Shown here: piece by piece, positions 1-11,591 of the stretch
Position numbering within the stretch: position 1 is the stretch's first letter
Layout: each line of letters starts with the position of its first letter
Origin: a virus
Taxonomy: Duplodnaviria; Heunggongvirae; Uroviricota; Caudoviricetes
Virus record (IMG/VR): IMGVR_UViG_2547132418_000015
Reading direction: 5' to 3' (one strand)
Length of the DNA stretch: 48,662 nt
Notes under the pieces: model-generated
What the model was told of the DNA's origin: nothing
Seen by the model: the letters and a program-made list of their open reading frames with translations, nothing else
Databases searched by the model: none
Translations under genes and position numbers: made by a program

Positions 1-692
1 CAAATACGGCATCAGTTACCGTGAGCTGCAGGAGATGCTGGCTGAACGCGGAGTGAATGTCGATCACTCCACGATTTACCGCTGGGTTCAGCGTTATGCG
101 CCTGAAATGGAAAAACGGCTGCGCTGGTACTGGCGTAACCCTTCCGATCTTTGCCCGTGGCACATGGATGAAACCTACGTGAAGGTCAATGGCCGCTGGG
201 CGTATCTGTACCGGGCCGTCGACAGCCGGGGCCGCACTGTCGATTTTTATCTCTCCTCCCGTCGTAACAGCAAAGCTGCATACCGGTTTCTGGGTAAAAT
301 CCTCAACAACGTGAAGAAGTGGCAGATCCCGCGATTCATCAACACGGATAAAGCGCCCGCCTATGGTCGCGCGCTTGCTCTGCTCAAACGCGAAGGCCGG
401 TGCCCGTCTGACGTTGAACACCGACAGATTAAGTACCGGAACAACGTGATTGAATGCGATCATGGCAAACTGAAACGGATAATCGGCGCCACGCTGGGAT
501 TTAAATCCATGAAGACGGCTTACGCCACCATCAAAGGTATTGAGGTGATGCGTGCACTACGCAAAGGCCAGGCCTCAGCATTTTATTATGGTGATCCCCT
601 GGGCGAAATGCGCCTGGTAAGCAGAGTTTTTGAAATGTAAGGCCTTTGAATAAGACAAAAGGCTGCCTCATCGCTAACTTTGCAACAGTGCC
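1..692 (+). mobile_element. IS26 (IS6 family), 3' part ending with the terminal inverted repeat; the 5' part is at the window end
   Basis: IS6-family transposase ORF followed by TTTGCAACAGTGCC at 679-692, the reverse complement of GGCACTGTTGCAAA at 48309-48322; positions 1-231 are identical to 48432-48662. Confidence 0.93.
2..640 (+). CDS. tnpA: IS26 transposase, C-terminal part (N-terminus at 48372-48662)
   Basis: ORF 35..640 is open back to position 2; translation continues the 48372.. ORF (MNPFKGRHFQRDIILWAVRWY...YRAVDS | RGRTVDFYLSSRRN...). Confidence 0.93.
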   Translation, partial: KYGISYRELQEMLAERGVNVDHSTIYRWVQRYAPEMEKRLRWYWRNPSDLCPWHMDETYVKVNGRWAYLYRAVDSRGRTVDFYLSSRRNSKAAYRFLGKILNNVKKWQIPRFINTDKAPAYGRALALLKREGRCPSDVEHRQIKYRNNVIECDHGKLKRIIGATLGFKSMKTAYATIKGIEVMRALRKGQASAFYYGDPLGEMRLVSRVFEM

Positions 693-1044
693 CTTTTTTG
701 TTCAGGCTGGCATCCCAGATATCCAGATTTTCACGTGCTGTACGCTGTGCTGATGCCCCGGCAATTTTAATTTCGCTGAGGTTATTTTTTATCAGCAGCG
801 CGTTATTGCTCATAATGGCTTTAATGGACAGTGCAAGCTGGTTTAATTTTGTTTTATCCGGTTGAATACCGGCTTCTTTCAGCGTGTTTAATAACTCCGC
901 CTGCACAATATTAAACCAGTCCATGCCGGGCCATGTGATAGCATTATTCCCGTCACCTTCTGAAAACCAGCGAACGATAGCACTACGCTGGGCGGATACG
1001 GGCGGCATGACGGTTACGCCGCTGTCGTTATCAATATAAAACAT
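693..1044 (-). pseudogene. Tail fibre gene (Mu S-like), N-terminal 117 codons only, truncated by IS26
   Basis: ORF 586..1044 starts MFYIDNDSGVTVMPPVSAQRSAIVRWFSEGDG and reads into the IS26 terminal repeat after position 693; sits after the gp48-like gene as in Mu. Confidence 0.75.
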
Positions 1045-1586
1045 TAGTTATCTCCGTCATGGTAAACAAATTTATAAATCTGATGCGCGGGTTTATATTT
1101 CTCCAGTAAACATTCCAGCGCACCCGATTCATAAACACGTAACGGCGTCAGAACATTATCCAGCACCGTTGCGTTGCGATAATTTTTAATACCGTAAATA
1201 TTGACCTGCGTAACCCACTGGCCTTCTGTGGAATCCGTCAGCCTGACGGTAAAACCGTACTGCGCAGCCAGCCATTCATAAAAGCGCCGACTCAGATTGC
1301 CGGTCATACGCATTTTATTCGCGGCAGCCCGCCGGCGTTCGGACAGGGTGCCGTTTTCGCTGGTACAGTCCGGCAACCCCAGAAATGATTCCCACTCACC
1401 CAGATACCAGCGGGATGTGGACGGGAAACGCTCCCGCAGCATTTGCCGCGCATCATCCGCCGCAGTGGTAATCACGTCGCTGATGGCCTGCGCCAGCGCA
1501 GATAATTTGCTGTCGGGGCTTTTATTCCAGGCAAGCCCTGACGGCAGTAATTGCAGAAAGGCCGTCTGCCAGGGTGTTACAGCCAT
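1044..1586 (-). CDS. Mu gp48-like baseplate/tail protein
   Basis: 180-aa ORF between the baseplate J-like gene and the tail fibre gene, as in Mu. Confidence 0.7.
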   Translation of the reverse strand: MAVTPWQTAFLQLLPSGLAWNKSPDSKLSALAQAISDVITTAADDARQMLRERFPSTSRWYLGEWESFLGLPDCTSENGTLSERRRAAANKMRMTGNLSRRFYEWLAAQYGFTVRLTDSTEGQWVTQVNIYGIKNYRNATVLDNVLTPLRVYESGALECLLEKYKPAHQIYKFVYHDGDN

Positions 1587-2659
1587 TCAATTGTCCCCGG
1601 TGTTAACAGTTCCGTATTCTCCGAACGCTGGATCTCTGTCGGGAAACGCACTTCAAAATCATCCAGACCGGTAACACCTGCCACCGCACGGATAATACGG
1701 GAGGGGGCAAGTGCACCGCCCGGCGTCACCTCATTAAAAAACATGGTATTAATGGCGTGAGTAATAGCCTGTTTCAGTTCGGCTGTCTTCGGCGATATAT
1801 AAATCCGTGGATTTACCGGCTTTGCCTTTGGTGCAAATACCGTGACATTTACACCATCAGGCTGTCCGACAATCAGGCCGGTTATCGGGTCAGTATGACC
1901 GGCGATATAATCCGCCACGCGTTCCACATCTGCCGGTTGTGGAAAAATATTGCTCCGGTTATCCATAACAAACGTCACCCCGACTGTGCCACCGCCTTTC
2001 CATGTCGGAAAAGACCAGGCACGGGTAACGCCGCTGACTTCACGTGCCCAGCGAACATAATCAAACTGATTACCGCCGAACGGAGGATACTGGACACGAT
2101 ATTCCAGCCGTGACAGCAGCTCCGCTGCACTCTCAATATCAGCTCCACCGGAAAACCCTTTTACAGTGATGGCATCGGAAACAACACTGGCAACCGGGGT
2201 GATCAACGTTAAAAGGGTATTCTCACCGGTATTTCCTGCCTCACCGGCAGCCAGTGCGGTAACGGTAATTTCCGTCGTTCCTGCACGGTCAATCACAATG
2301 GCATCAGCCAGGCTGTAAACCACACCATCAGCACGCTGCCAGCGTGTACCGGCAGGAATGGTGGTCGCTGCCGATGTGGTGACAGTCAGCGGGCCGCTGG
2401 CGGCTGTCGCCTGTTTGCGGCGCACGCCCCAGAACCGGCAGTGCTCCAGCAACTCATCTTCATCTGCTGTCGACGGGATAATCTGCCGTCCAACCCATGA
2501 AATATGCTCGTGAAAACCGGCAGCAAGGCCCGCCTGAGCATAAGCAATGGCACTCAGCGTTTTTTCACGGGCCTGAGGCCAGCTACCCGGCAGGCGCTGT
2601 TCAATATTCTGTTCTGTACGGGCAATCAGCGATGATAATGTCGGTGGTGAATAAGCCAT
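1577..2659 (-). CDS. Baseplate J-like protein (Mu gp47-like)
   Basis: 360-aa ORF in the conserved baseplate cluster. Confidence 0.8.
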   Translation of the reverse strand: MAYSPPTLSSLIARTEQNIEQRLPGSWPQAREKTLSAIAYAQAGLAAGFHEHISWVGRQIIPSTADEDELLEHCRFWGVRRKQATAASGPLTVTTSAATTIPAGTRWQRADGVVYSLADAIVIDRAGTTEITVTALAAGEAGNTGENTLLTLITPVASVVSDAITVKGFSGGADIESAAELLSRLEYRVQYPPFGGNQFDYVRWAREVSGVTRAWSFPTWKGGGTVGVTFVMDNRSNIFPQPADVERVADYIAGHTDPITGLIVGQPDGVNVTVFAPKAKPVNPRIYISPKTAELKQAITHAINTMFFNEVTPGGALAPSRIIRAVAGVTGLDDFEVRFPTEIQRSENTELLTPGTIEWL

Positions 2660-3097
2660 TTAAACCCCGTTAAATGCTGCTTTAAACTCATAAGGAATAA
2701 CGGAACCATCCGGTAATGTCAGTGCAATGTAGAGGTATAACCAGCCCTGATGTAACTGTTCCGCTCTGACGTTAATCGCACTCACCCGGCCCGCTGTTTT
2801 CAGCCATTCCAGCGCCTCTTCGGCATACCCTCTGGCGCGTTCCAGCGTATCCGGTGTGGCTTTTTCACGTGATAACAGCCACAACCGCGAACCGATGGGG
2901 CGGTCGCGGTAACTGTCACCCCACCATCCACGGCGATCATCTGAACCATCCGGCAGCGTGTCAGAATCCAGCGCGCGCCGGTCGGTAAACAGGGAGATTG
3001 TCACATCGGTCGTCAGACTGTCGTCGGTCAGCATATCAATGCCATCCTGTGCAATATCGCCGCGTCCGTTCGTCCAGATAATGGCTAAATCGGTCAT
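2660..3097 (-). CDS. Baseplate wedge protein (Mu gp46-like)
   Basis: 145-aa ORF between the spike and the J-like gene. Confidence 0.7.
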   Translation of the reverse strand: MTDLAIIWTNGRGDIAQDGIDMLTDDSLTTDVTISLFTDRRALDSDTLPDGSDDRRGWWGDSYRDRPIGSRLWLLSREKATPDTLERARGYAEEALEWLKTAGRVSAINVRAEQLHQGWLYLYIALTLPDGSVIPYEFKAAFNGV

Positions 3098-3687
3098 TGC
3101 ATCGGCCCTGTGGTTCCGCCGCTGTCGCCACGGTGGATATGCTTATCCGTCGATTTGCCATTGATGATGGCATCCGGGGCAGTAATATTGCTGTCGAACT
3201 GGCTTTTACCTTTAACGCCCAGACCTTTCTGGATCTCAACGTCGCCGGTAAACGTGGTTCTGGGTGTATCAACGGTCATGCTTTCATCAGCGTAAATCTC
3301 AACCGTTTTACAGGTAATGATGCAGCGCCCGTCCTTTGTCAGCCTGATACGATGCCCCTCGTGGTGGTAAATGCCTGCATCACCCGGTTCAAGATTTGTC
3401 GGGCGGTAGCGGCGGTCTTCCACCACAACGGCAATCCCCTGATCACGTTGTGCACCCACACAGGCAATCAGCGCCTCTGCGCCCGGCAGAGGAACGCTGA
3501 AATGCCCGTAATTTTGCAGGCGCTCCACTTCATCAGATTCCTCATCATCCAGCAGACCGACCTGCAGGTTCTGAACCTTTCGCCCGTCGTTAATCACGTT
3601 AACAACGGCACGCGCAAGCATCAGACGCACACGACGCATCAGCGGTGTCAGCAGGCGGTTCATGGCGGAATCATTTACTCTTTCCAC
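3094..3687 (-). CDS. Baseplate spike/assembly protein (Mu gp45-like)
   Basis: 197-aa ORF following the gp44-like gene. Confidence 0.75.
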   Translation of the reverse strand: MERVNDSAMNRLLTPLMRRVRLMLARAVVNVINDGRKVQNLQVGLLDDEESDEVERLQNYGHFSVPLPGAEALIACVGAQRDQGIAVVVEDRRYRPTNLEPGDAGIYHHEGHRIRLTKDGRCIITCKTVEIYADESMTVDTPRTTFTGDVEIQKGLGVKGKSQFDSNITAPDAIINGKSTDKHIHRGDSGGTTGPMQ

Positions 3688-4808
3688 GGCGGCGTTTTCT
3701 CCGGGTGTCTGCGATAATAATCTTCAACCAGCGCATCAACGCCATCATTACCATCCCCTCTGGATTTGCGGTCGCTTTCAACCGGCACCAGAAAGCCTTC
3801 GCGTGGTGCAAGGCTGACGCGGGTTTTCAGCCCGTCCTGGTCATTCAGTATCAGGGTGACTTTGCTGACCAGTAATTCCGTGGTTTTGATGGCATATTTC
3901 GAGGCATCAATAGTGACCAGCAGGTTTGGCATCCAGAGTTGCCCGTCCTTGCGAGTCCATCCGTCAATTTCAGCCTCAAAGGTGATGGATTTTGCCAGTC
4001 TGCGGCGTTGCTCACGCAGGGCGCGGGCCTGTGCATCCTTCGCCGTAATTTTGCTGTCGGCAATGATGATCATCGGTCTGTAACGGGTTACATCACTGTC
4101 AGTGGCGGTCCCTTTCCGGGAGACGATACTTTTCGCATCAATATCATCACCCTCAGCGCCGTTTGCGCGGGCATAACCCTTGACAATGTATTCGCTGAAC
4201 CGGTCACGGAAATCTTCGTCAAAATCCACCGTCAGCAGATTTTTCCCGAGGATCAGCTCATCAGTGACCGTACTGGCAGCCCGGCTGAATACCAGCTCTC
4301 CGGCGGCATTGCTGGTCATCAGTACACCACGTGCGCGGGAGGCCCGCACCAGCGCTTCGTAAACCGTTTCTGAATGGTCAAGCGTAAAAGACGGAAACGA
4401 CGCTGCGCTTTCCTTGTCTGACAGCTCCCAGCGAACGGTAACGCCATAAGGGGCGCACAGGTCACGCGCAATCTGCTCCAGTGTGCGGTTTTTCCACTGT
4501 CCGCCACTGTAAACGGCAGCACAGTCAATCAGGTCAGCCGTTTTGTCACGTCCGGCGACAGTGATTTTCATACTGTCAGCGGTCATCTGGCGTCGCCGTG
4601 AATCGATATAACCGGTGCAGACAATCTGCCCCCCGATTTCGAGCGTGAACTTCTTCCCCGGAGCCAGCCCGGATAAATCCGTGCCCGGTGGCACGTTCAC
4701 CCCCAGCTCAAAATATCCGGCTACGGATTCAATCGAGCGGGTGACAGAGACTGACGTCCAGCCGGTAAAAAGCCTGCCATCCGTTCGCAGCGTGACGGTA
4801 TTACTCAT
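3675..4808 (-). CDS. Baseplate hub/tail protein (Mu P-like)
   Basis: 377-aa ORF, synteny with Mu P. Confidence 0.75.
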   Translation of the reverse strand: MSNTVTLRTDGRLFTGWTSVSVTRSIESVAGYFELGVNVPPGTDLSGLAPGKKFTLEIGGQIVCTGYIDSRRRQMTADSMKITVAGRDKTADLIDCAAVYSGGQWKNRTLEQIARDLCAPYGVTVRWELSDKESAASFPSFTLDHSETVYEALVRASRARGVLMTSNAAGELVFSRAASTVTDELILGKNLLTVDFDEDFRDRFSEYIVKGYARANGAEGDDIDAKSIVSRKGTATDSDVTRYRPMIIIADSKITAKDAQARALREQRRRLAKSITFEAEIDGWTRKDGQLWMPNLLVTIDASKYAIKTTELLVSKVTLILNDQDGLKTRVSLAPREGFLVPVESDRKSRGDGNDGVDALVEDYYRRHPEKTPPWKE

Positions 4809-6288
4809 TAATCACCTCAATACTGACACCACCGGGAACAAACAACGGGTTGCTGATACCGTTCCTGCGGGCCAGCCGTTGCCAGTTCCGGCTGTTTCCT
4901 GTGTAACGGTACAGGGCCACCATTGCAGGCATCGTCTCCGGCAGACGGTGCGTTTCACTACCCGCCAGTTGCAGCCCGCGTTTTTCCAGGTCGGCAACAA
5001 CCAGCAGACGCAGTTGCGTAAGCTGAACGCTGTCTGTCGAAAAGCCCTGCTCAGATGCCGTCAGAATGACGGTATCCAGCGCAGCCCCCAGCATGGCGGC
5101 TGTTTTTCCGATATCGGACACACTTTCAAATACCGGGGGCGTGGCTGTACCACTGTCTGAAAAGGATACCTGTGAAAAGCCGCCGTCCGGGGTTATGGCA
5201 GTTAACTGTAACTGTCCCTGTGTGACGGTAGCAGATGTGCTGCTGGCCCCGCTGGCTGTGCCGGTTGTGGTGGACGGGGCATCCAGTACAGGTGCACGGG
5301 TGGCATTATCCCTCCGGCGACTGAAATCCAGTGCCGCAGTCAGTGCCTGGCTGGCAGCTTCTGCCCGGTATGTCTGCGCCGCTGCCAGCATGACGTAGTT
5401 CAGTGTGGCAATATTTTTTTCTGCAACCGGACTGTTGTACGAGGTTGTGATTGCCCCCTGTCTGCCTGCGGTGGCGGCATGGCGACGTTCGAACCGCTGC
5501 GCCAGACGGTTCCAGGTGGAAAATGCTGTCCGGGTATCGCATAACGATGAAACGCCGGATAACGCCCCCATCAGCGAGGAGGCCAGCATGGCTGGTTTAT
5601 TTATCAGGCCGGTCACAGAGCCTTTCATCGCAGAAAGCGATCCCATCAGACCGCTGACAGTCTGCGTAACCCCCAGATTGTCCACCGCATCACTGATATC
5701 ATCGATGACACCGGTTACAGCTTCCATCACGGCGGTTGCCGCCGCAGTGCCATCTTTTACGGTCTGCCAGACAGAGGACAGCGTATCTCCCAGAGAACCG
5801 GTTACAGCAACGGACTGTGCCGGTACGGCTGCACTGGTGTCTGTCTCTGCGTCCGGGGCAGTATCCTGCAACGACGGATAAACGGTAACGGTGAACGCGT
5901 AATAATTCAGTTCATCCGCTTTAGTGCGGCATTCCCATGAATCCACCATGACGGCCACAGTGCCGAAATCAGGATGTACCAGCTCACCGCTACCCGGAGC
6001 ATCAAGAGCATCCATCAGCGCACCCGCTTCATCTCTGGCAGTCTCTGCGTTGCTGTTCAGAATGCAGATGCTGAATGTGCGGGAGCGAAGCTTTTTCCCC
6101 AGGTCGTTGACCCCGCCGGTATCACGTAACGGGTACTCACGTTTAACCAGACGACGTCCGCCAGCCTGTTTTTGCTCCTCGATGACGAGAAACGGCACGT
6201 TACGGAACGTGCCTTTGCCGGTTGTTTTCCTGCCTCCACCGGTTTTATCCCGGACAGCATTAACGGCATTTAAAGCATCTTCAAACAT
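4801..6288 (-). CDS. DNA circularisation protein N-like tail protein (Mu gp43-like)
   Basis: 495-aa ORF directly downstream of the tape measure gene. Confidence 0.75.
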   Translation of the reverse strand: MFEDALNAVNAVRDKTGGGRKTTGKGTFRNVPFLVIEEQKQAGGRRLVKREYPLRDTGGVNDLGKKLRSRTFSICILNSNAETARDEAGALMDALDAPGSGELVHPDFGTVAVMVDSWECRTKADELNYYAFTVTVYPSLQDTAPDAETDTSAAVPAQSVAVTGSLGDTLSSVWQTVKDGTAAATAVMEAVTGVIDDISDAVDNLGVTQTVSGLMGSLSAMKGSVTGLINKPAMLASSLMGALSGVSSLCDTRTAFSTWNRLAQRFERRHAATAGRQGAITTSYNSPVAEKNIATLNYVMLAAAQTYRAEAASQALTAALDFSRRRDNATRAPVLDAPSTTTGTASGASSTSATVTQGQLQLTAITPDGGFSQVSFSDSGTATPPVFESVSDIGKTAAMLGAALDTVILTASEQGFSTDSVQLTQLRLLVVADLEKRGLQLAGSETHRLPETMPAMVALYRYTGNSRNWQRLARRNGISNPLFVPGGVSIEVINE

Positions 6289-6292
6289 GGTT

Positions 6293-8368
6293 TTACCAGC
6301 CTGTAATGTAGTTATCGCCCGCGTAAATATTCAGCCCCATACCATCCTCGGTGACGCGGGAACTGGTCAGACGTAACCCCTCGCCAAGTTCGACGCGCAG
6401 CGAGGCTTCCGCATTCACTTTTTGCTCCTGCGGTTCCTTATCCGTGGCCGTCCACTTCTGATACAGGTCGGTTACAAAACCGCCCAGATACTCCCCGGCG
6501 ACACTGCCCAGCGTGGCACCGGCAACCGTACCCAGCGGTCCGGCAAGGCTGCCAACGGCACCGCCGAGCCATGCACCGGCTGTACTGCCAATTGCGCCTG
6601 CTTTTTCATGGGTTGACGCCTGCTCATCCATCAGGACGGGGGCAAGCTGGAGTGCCCCCATTACCGGGCCACCCAGACGTGACAACGCACGCCCCGCGCC
6701 TTTCCCCATCCAGCCCAGCGCCCCGGCACCTTTTGTCACAACCCGACCGATCGCACTGCCTGCAAGTTTGTTTCCGATACCGGAAAACCCCCCGCCAGCG
6801 GCACGCCCGGCATCAGCCAGCTTTCCGACCGCTCCCGTAACCAGTTGCCCGGCAGCACTGCCTGCAAGCCTGCTCAGAAGACCGGATTTACCGGGTAAAG
6901 GTAATGGTGCAGGCCGTGCCGTTACCGGTACGCCGGGTGGGGGTAATGCCAGAACAGGGCGTGGTGCAGGTAATGCCAGCGGCTGTGGCCCGGACAGCAA
7001 TAACGGCTGGGGGGGGAACAGGGGCGTCATGCCTTTGCCTTTCCGGGTGCGACCACCACGGCCACCGCTTCCGTAACCGCCGAACCCGTGAGGCCAGTTA
7101 GTGACAAACACACGCTGAATGCCGGTGCCCTGCAACAGCGTCTCAGACGTCATGGCATCCGGGACCGGCAGACCTGCCTGCCCACGTTTGCGGTTTCGCA
7201 TCCAGCGCCACATACGACGCCCGGTTTTAAACGGATAACTGGCAACCTGCCATGAGGGGTTTGCCACGGCCCAGCCTGCTCTCAGGGCTTTATTGGCAAG
7301 CCAGACAGACACCAGAACAGCAGCCAGTTTTTTCAGGCTGACAATATTCTGGTCAACCCATGCCAGCGCATCTTTACCCGGTTTCAGCCAGCGCCATAAT
7401 TCCTGCGCCGCGATTTTTACCTTTCTGAACGTGGTCAGGAATTTCTGACCAATGTTTTCTGCCAGTGCGTCCAGCTCCCCGGATTTATCCGCCGCATCGT
7501 GCCAGTTAAGCACCCGGCGCATCTCGTTCTTGATTTCTTCAAAGGGGCCGCTGTTTGCCACCTTCGTGCGAAACTCAAGCAGGTTGCCCTCCATCTGGGC
7601 CATCATCCCGTCCCAGGAGTTCATGGCAGCCGCCTGTGCGCCTTCTGACTGCTCCAGCAGGGTCCGGAATACCGTCAGAATGGCTTTCTTGCCCAGCTTG
7701 CCTTTTTCACCCAGCTTACGGATTTTTTTCTCATCCTTACCCGTTGCATCTGCCAGCACCTTGTAAACGTTGATACCGTAACCGGTCAGCAGGTTGGCGT
7801 CCGCCGCCGTGATTTGCTGGCGGGCAAACATCTGTTTGAACTGTAACGAAGCCCCCTGCGCGGTGGGTAAATCCCAGCCATGCATCGCGCCCTGATTCTG
7901 TAGCATGGTGATGAACTGTTTTACCTGGGCGTCAGTCATGCCAAACGCCGTTGATGTGCGGATTTCCTGCAGAACGCCGCCCAGCCCCCAGGTGGTTTCT
8001 TTTGCGTTCTGCTTCGCCCACGCCATCATGGCCTGTGCTCTGGCCTTATCGCCGTGATACAGCGAGTTCATGGCGATAATCTGCTGCTCACGCTGGGCGG
8101 CGGCACCAATAAACAGTTTATTGGCGGTGTAACCCACGCCAGCGATACCCAGCGCCCCGGCTGACAGCATTCGGAATGTACGGGTTGACAGTGAACCCAT
8201 TCTGTCAATGGCACCAGAAACGCGCACAACCTCCATACGCAGGGCACGAAGGGAACTTTGTCCGCTACGGGACAGGGCGTTTATCTGGTTCGAATACTCG
8301 CGGGAACGCCGGGAAAGATTGCCATTAAGATCAATAATGACAGACGCCTTTAAGCGTTTCCCGGTCAT
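6293..8368 (-). CDS. Tail tape measure protein
   Basis: 691-aa ORF starting MTGKRLKAS with a Gly/Ala/Pro-rich C-terminal part, between chaperone and baseplate genes. Confidence 0.85.
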   Translation of the reverse strand: MTGKRLKASVIIDLNGNLSRRSREYSNQINALSRSGQSSLRALRMEVVRVSGAIDRMGSLSTRTFRMLSAGALGIAGVGYTANKLFIGAAAQREQQIIAMNSLYHGDKARAQAMMAWAKQNAKETTWGLGGVLQEIRTSTAFGMTDAQVKQFITMLQNQGAMHGWDLPTAQGASLQFKQMFARQQITAADANLLTGYGINVYKVLADATGKDEKKIRKLGEKGKLGKKAILTVFRTLLEQSEGAQAAAMNSWDGMMAQMEGNLLEFRTKVANSGPFEEIKNEMRRVLNWHDAADKSGELDALAENIGQKFLTTFRKVKIAAQELWRWLKPGKDALAWVDQNIVSLKKLAAVLVSVWLANKALRAGWAVANPSWQVASYPFKTGRRMWRWMRNRKRGQAGLPVPDAMTSETLLQGTGIQRVFVTNWPHGFGGYGSGGRGGRTRKGKGMTPLFPPQPLLLSGPQPLALPAPRPVLALPPPGVPVTARPAPLPLPGKSGLLSRLAGSAAGQLVTGAVGKLADAGRAAGGGFSGIGNKLAGSAIGRVVTKGAGALGWMGKGAGRALSRLGGPVMGALQLAPVLMDEQASTHEKAGAIGSTAGAWLGGAVGSLAGPLGTVAGATLGSVAGEYLGGFVTDLYQKWTATDKEPQEQKVNAEASLRVELGEGLRLTSSRVTEDGMGLNIYAGDNYITGW

Positions 8369-8512
8369 AGAGATTTCCTGATTTAACGGTGATATTGAGA
8401 GAGGGTTTTAGCCTGCTGGCAGTGCCGGAAAAAGCGGGACAGCGGGAGAGACAAGGCCCATTCCGGGCCACTTTTCAGAATAACGCCAATCGCTGTCGCC
8501 GCTTTCTCAATA

Positions 8513-8947
8513 TCATTCCGGCACCGCAGCCACTCGCCCCCGTTCTTGCGTCAGCGATGCCGCCACAGCCATGTCGTGCATCTCTGTGGCCAGCGACAGA
8601 CGCTGGAAGTCATCGACGGACAGCTTGCGCATCAGCGCCAGCGATAACGGGCCTTTGATGCAGCCCACGCTGGCAATCTGTCGGCGCAGCATTTCCAGTC
8701 CCATCCGGGACGGGGAACTGACCAGCACCGGGCCTTCCTTGCTCATTACCAGCTTTTCAGCCGCCGCCTGGGCATCAATCAGATCGCCTGCGGTCAGTTC
8801 ACGCAGTGTCACGTCATACTGCATTTCAGTCTCGTCACCGGTGCCGAACGCCAGGCCGTCTTTCAGTTTCAGGCCACCGGACTGAAGCTCAGCCACAATA
8901 CTGTCACGCAGTTCCTGTGCTTCAGGACTTAAATTCATTTCGTCCAT
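8513..8947 (-). CDS. Tail assembly chaperone (Mu gp41-like)
   Basis: 144-aa ORF immediately upstream of the tape measure gene. Confidence 0.65.
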   Translation of the reverse strand: MDEMNLSPEAQELRDSIVAELQSGGLKLKDGLAFGTGDETEMQYDVTLRELTAGDLIDAQAAAEKLVMSKEGPVLVSSPSRMGLEMLRRQIASVGCIKGPLSLALMRKLSVDDFQRLSLATEMHDMAVAASLTQERGRVAAVPE

Positions 8948-8956
8948 TGTTTCCCC

Positions 8957-9313
8957 TTATGCAATGCGTTTGCTTTTTTTTGCCGTCAGTACCAGCGAAA
9001 TTTCGCCGCCGTCGTTTTTCGGTTCATCCGCCTGCCAGGCATTCGCCAGCATCCAGGTTTCACCGGTATCAGCCTGGAATTCGACGGTGATGTTTTCCCA
9101 GTCGATAATTTCATCCAGCCCGATGGGACCGCCCCCCGGAATTTTGCATTCCACTTTTGCGGCACGTGGTTTACCTTTCCAGCCATAAACCCGCGAGCCG
9201 GTCACTTCTTCACGGGTGGTGCCGGAAGGCGTGAAGGAGGCACCTTCCATTGATTCAAGCTCCATGCCATTGACACGGATGAACGCCACCCCCTGACGCT
9301 GATTTCCAGCCAT
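8957..9313 (-). CDS. Tail tube protein (Mu M-like)
   Basis: 118-aa ORF directly downstream of the sheath gene. Confidence 0.8.
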   Translation of the reverse strand: MAGNQRQGVAFIRVNGMELESMEGASFTPSGTTREEVTGSRVYGWKGKPRAAKVECKIPGGGPIGLDEIIDWENITVEFQADTGETWMLANAWQADEPKNDGGEISLVLTAKKSKRIA

Positions 9314-9322
9314 AAATGCTCC

Positions 9323-10822
9323 TTACAGAATGAACTGAACTTGTGCCGCGAAAATGCGGAACTGGTTAATCAGATTCGGGCCGCACAGCACATCAAGACG
9401 GTCTTTGTCGTCCTTGTTACGTGCCACATACAGCTCCTCTTTGAACGTGTCGAAATCCTCGACCAGTCCGGCGTTTTCCCATTCTTCAAACAGTGCCAGC
9501 AGCTCCGTTTTGATCACGGATGGCGTCACCACGGCCTGACCGGTGGCAAAGCGGGTGCCATCACTTGCCAGCTTGTGGTTCGGGAATTTCTGCGTGATGC
9601 GGGTTCGCAGCGAATAACGCAGATAACTCAGCGTGGCGATGGTATTCACGTTCAGATAAGACGGATCGCTGTCACCGTACTTGTTCGTGCGGTACATCGT
9701 GATCATGCGTTCAATCTGCATTTCACCACCATCATTCACGTTAAACGTGGAGATGCCGTCAAACAGCAGCGCATTACGTTCTGACCAGGTGAAACGATCC
9801 CCCACCGCAGGCGGCATTCTTCCGGGCAACGTCAGCGTCTGGAGTGGACGCGCCGGGTCGATGGAAAGCGCCTGGCTGGCAACGGCACACAGGGTGGCGG
9901 CGTACAGATATGACGGTTCCGGTGCACCGGCAATCCCCATACAGGAAATCAGATGGTCATTACGTCTGACACCAAACGTGGAAATATCCCCATACGTGCC
10001 GGACAGCACTGTCACGGCAAAGCCATCAGCCTGACTGACCGGTCCCCAGCGTTCCTGCAATTCAGTGCGTAACAGATTCAGGTTCGGTTCATCGGTATAG
10101 GGCATCACAATATATTTGTATTGCAGATCGCCCATTCCCGCGATACTTGCGCTGATATCCGGGTTGATGTATTTCCGGGATTCGGCTTTGAATGCCGTGA
10201 TAATCCCGTAAGGGGTGGTTTCACCCGCGTAATAGTTCCAGCGCACATCCACGGCAGATAATGCACCCGTAAATTTTGCAGTCAGAACTATATCTGTAGC
10301 GCCGGCATCATCCGGCGTGGTTGAGAGCAATACTGCCTTCACCGGCAAATCAGGATGACCGTTGATTCGGTCAGTCAGCAGGCCAGCCAGCTTCGATCCC
10401 TTGGTACCTGCTGCGACGGATACCGCCAGTCGCTGACCGGCAATGTAAGTCACAAGCGAGCCGTTTTCGGTTGCCGTTCCTGACAGTGTGATTAAACCGA
10501 CAGTAGTTTTAGAGATAGTATTACCGGGGTTTTTCGCCTGCGGAATACACCACAGCTCCGCCACGCGGTTAGCTTTCAGGAATGCATCTGCCATCAGTGC
10601 CAGCATGGAACCCTGACCAAACGCCGCACTGGCCTGTGAGCCGGAACGGATACGGACAGGCACGTCTGGTGCCGCACTGGCCCCCTTATTGCTTTGCCCG
10701 AACATCAGCACGCGCTGACGGGGGGCCGGTGTTCCGCTGACGGCATTACTGTTATCAAATTCGATATACGCCAGAGGAACGCGAACATCTGGCGGGATCG
10801 CGTTAAATGAAATATCGCTCAT
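9323..10822 (-). CDS. Contractile tail sheath protein (Mu L-like)
   Basis: 499-aa [19 protein letters not shown]..., myovirus sheath position. Confidence 0.88.
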   Translation of the reverse strand: MSDISFNAIPPDVRVPLAYIEFDNSNAVSGTPAPRQRVLMFGQSNKGASAAPDVPVRIRSGSQASAAFGQGSMLALMADAFLKANRVAELWCIPQAKNPGNTISKTTVGLITLSGTATENGSLVTYIAGQRLAVSVAAGTKGSKLAGLLTDRINGHPDLPVKAVLLSTTPDDAGATDIVLTAKFTGALSAVDVRWNYYAGETTPYGIITAFKAESRKYINPDISASIAGMGDLQYKYIVMPYTDEPNLNLLRTELQERWGPVSQADGFAVTVLSGTYGDISTFGVRRNDHLISCMGIAGAPEPSYLYAATLCAVASQALSIDPARPLQTLTLPGRMPPAVGDRFTWSERNALLFDGISTFNVNDGGEMQIERMITMYRTNKYGDSDPSYLNVNTIATLSYLRYSLRTRITQKFPNHKLASDGTRFATGQAVVTPSVIKTELLALFEEWENAGLVEDFDTFKEELYVARNKDDKDRLDVLCGPNLINQFRIFAAQVQFIL

Positions 10823-10828
10823 TTCGAT

Positions 10829-11059
10829 TTACTCCGTTTTTTTCAGCGCAGCGTCGGTATCATCCGCCGTGTTTTCGGTGCTCCCGACTTCAACCACATC
10901 AGTGTTTTCGGTGCTCCCGACTTCAACCACATCACCGGCTACAAGGCGACGTATCCAGAAACTGTTACGGGGCTTTTCTTCTCCCTCAGGCGCCAGTAAT
11001 TCCATCGTGAGCGGGTCACGGATGGTTTTTCCCTCTGCGGGTTTAATTTTCAGCATCAT
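10829..11059 (-). CDS. Small tail-associated protein (Mu gp38-like) with internal 11-aa tandem duplication
   Basis: 76-aa ORF containing DVVEVGSTENT twice. Confidence 0.6.
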   Translation of the reverse strand: MMLKIKPAEGKTIRDPLTMELLAPEGEEKPRNSFWIRRLVAGDVVEVGSTENTDVVEVGSTENTADDTDAALKKTE

Positions 11060-11591
11060 TATCCTTTTCCTGATTCACATTGATATGTGCGGCAAATTCC
11101 GGGGTTTCGGCCGGGAGTTTCCAGGTCTGCCAGTGACGCTCGTAATCATCCAGCGAATCCATGTCCACCACGGACGGCAGCGGGGTAGTGCCACTCAACA
11201 GAACGCCGTAAAGCACCACGCCGGCATTGATACGGTTGTCGTCACAAAGATTTCTGACCTGCGTCAGTCTCATCCCGGTGGTCTGGCCAAACGTCTGACC
11301 GTTAACACCGGCAATCAGTCGCTCCACAATCTGATAAATACCGGGCCGGTTTACCGGTTCCCCGTTCAGCAACTCCGCCACGACAAAAAATGCCCAGCGA
11401 CTTTCAACTTCCCGACGCGTACGCCCCTCACCACAGCCCATCCATGCCAGAAATACCGATGGCGGGGCCAGAAAGAGACGGTGTACATCCTCGTTAGTCC
11501 ATGTGCCGGTAAGGGGTTCCACCTGCCGCAGGGTTGCCCCAAACAACTCACGAACGCGCGCCAGCAGTGCGGCTTCGGTTTCTTCCAGCAT
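11043..11591 (-). CDS. Tail completion/head-tail protein (Mu gp37-like)
   Basis: 182-aa ORF, synteny. Confidence 0.65.
   Translation of the reverse strand: MLEETEAALLARVRELFGATLRQVEPLTGTWTNEDVHRLFLAPPSVFLAWMGCGEGRTRREVESRWAFFVVAELLNGEPVNRPGIYQIVERLIAGVNGQTFGQTTGMRLTQVRNLCDDNRINAGVVLYGVLLSGTTPLPSVVDMDSLDDYERHWQTWKLPAETPEFAAHINVNQEKDNDAEN

Noticed and set aside
3097-3717. 206-aa plus-strand ORF and other plus-strand ORFs across the tail region
   Set aside because: Antisense to densely packed, translationally coupled minus-strand tail genes with strong synteny support.
6513-7101. Pro/Ala-rich plus-strand ORFs inside the tape measure gene
   Set aside because: Antisense to the tape measure coding region; low-complexity translations.
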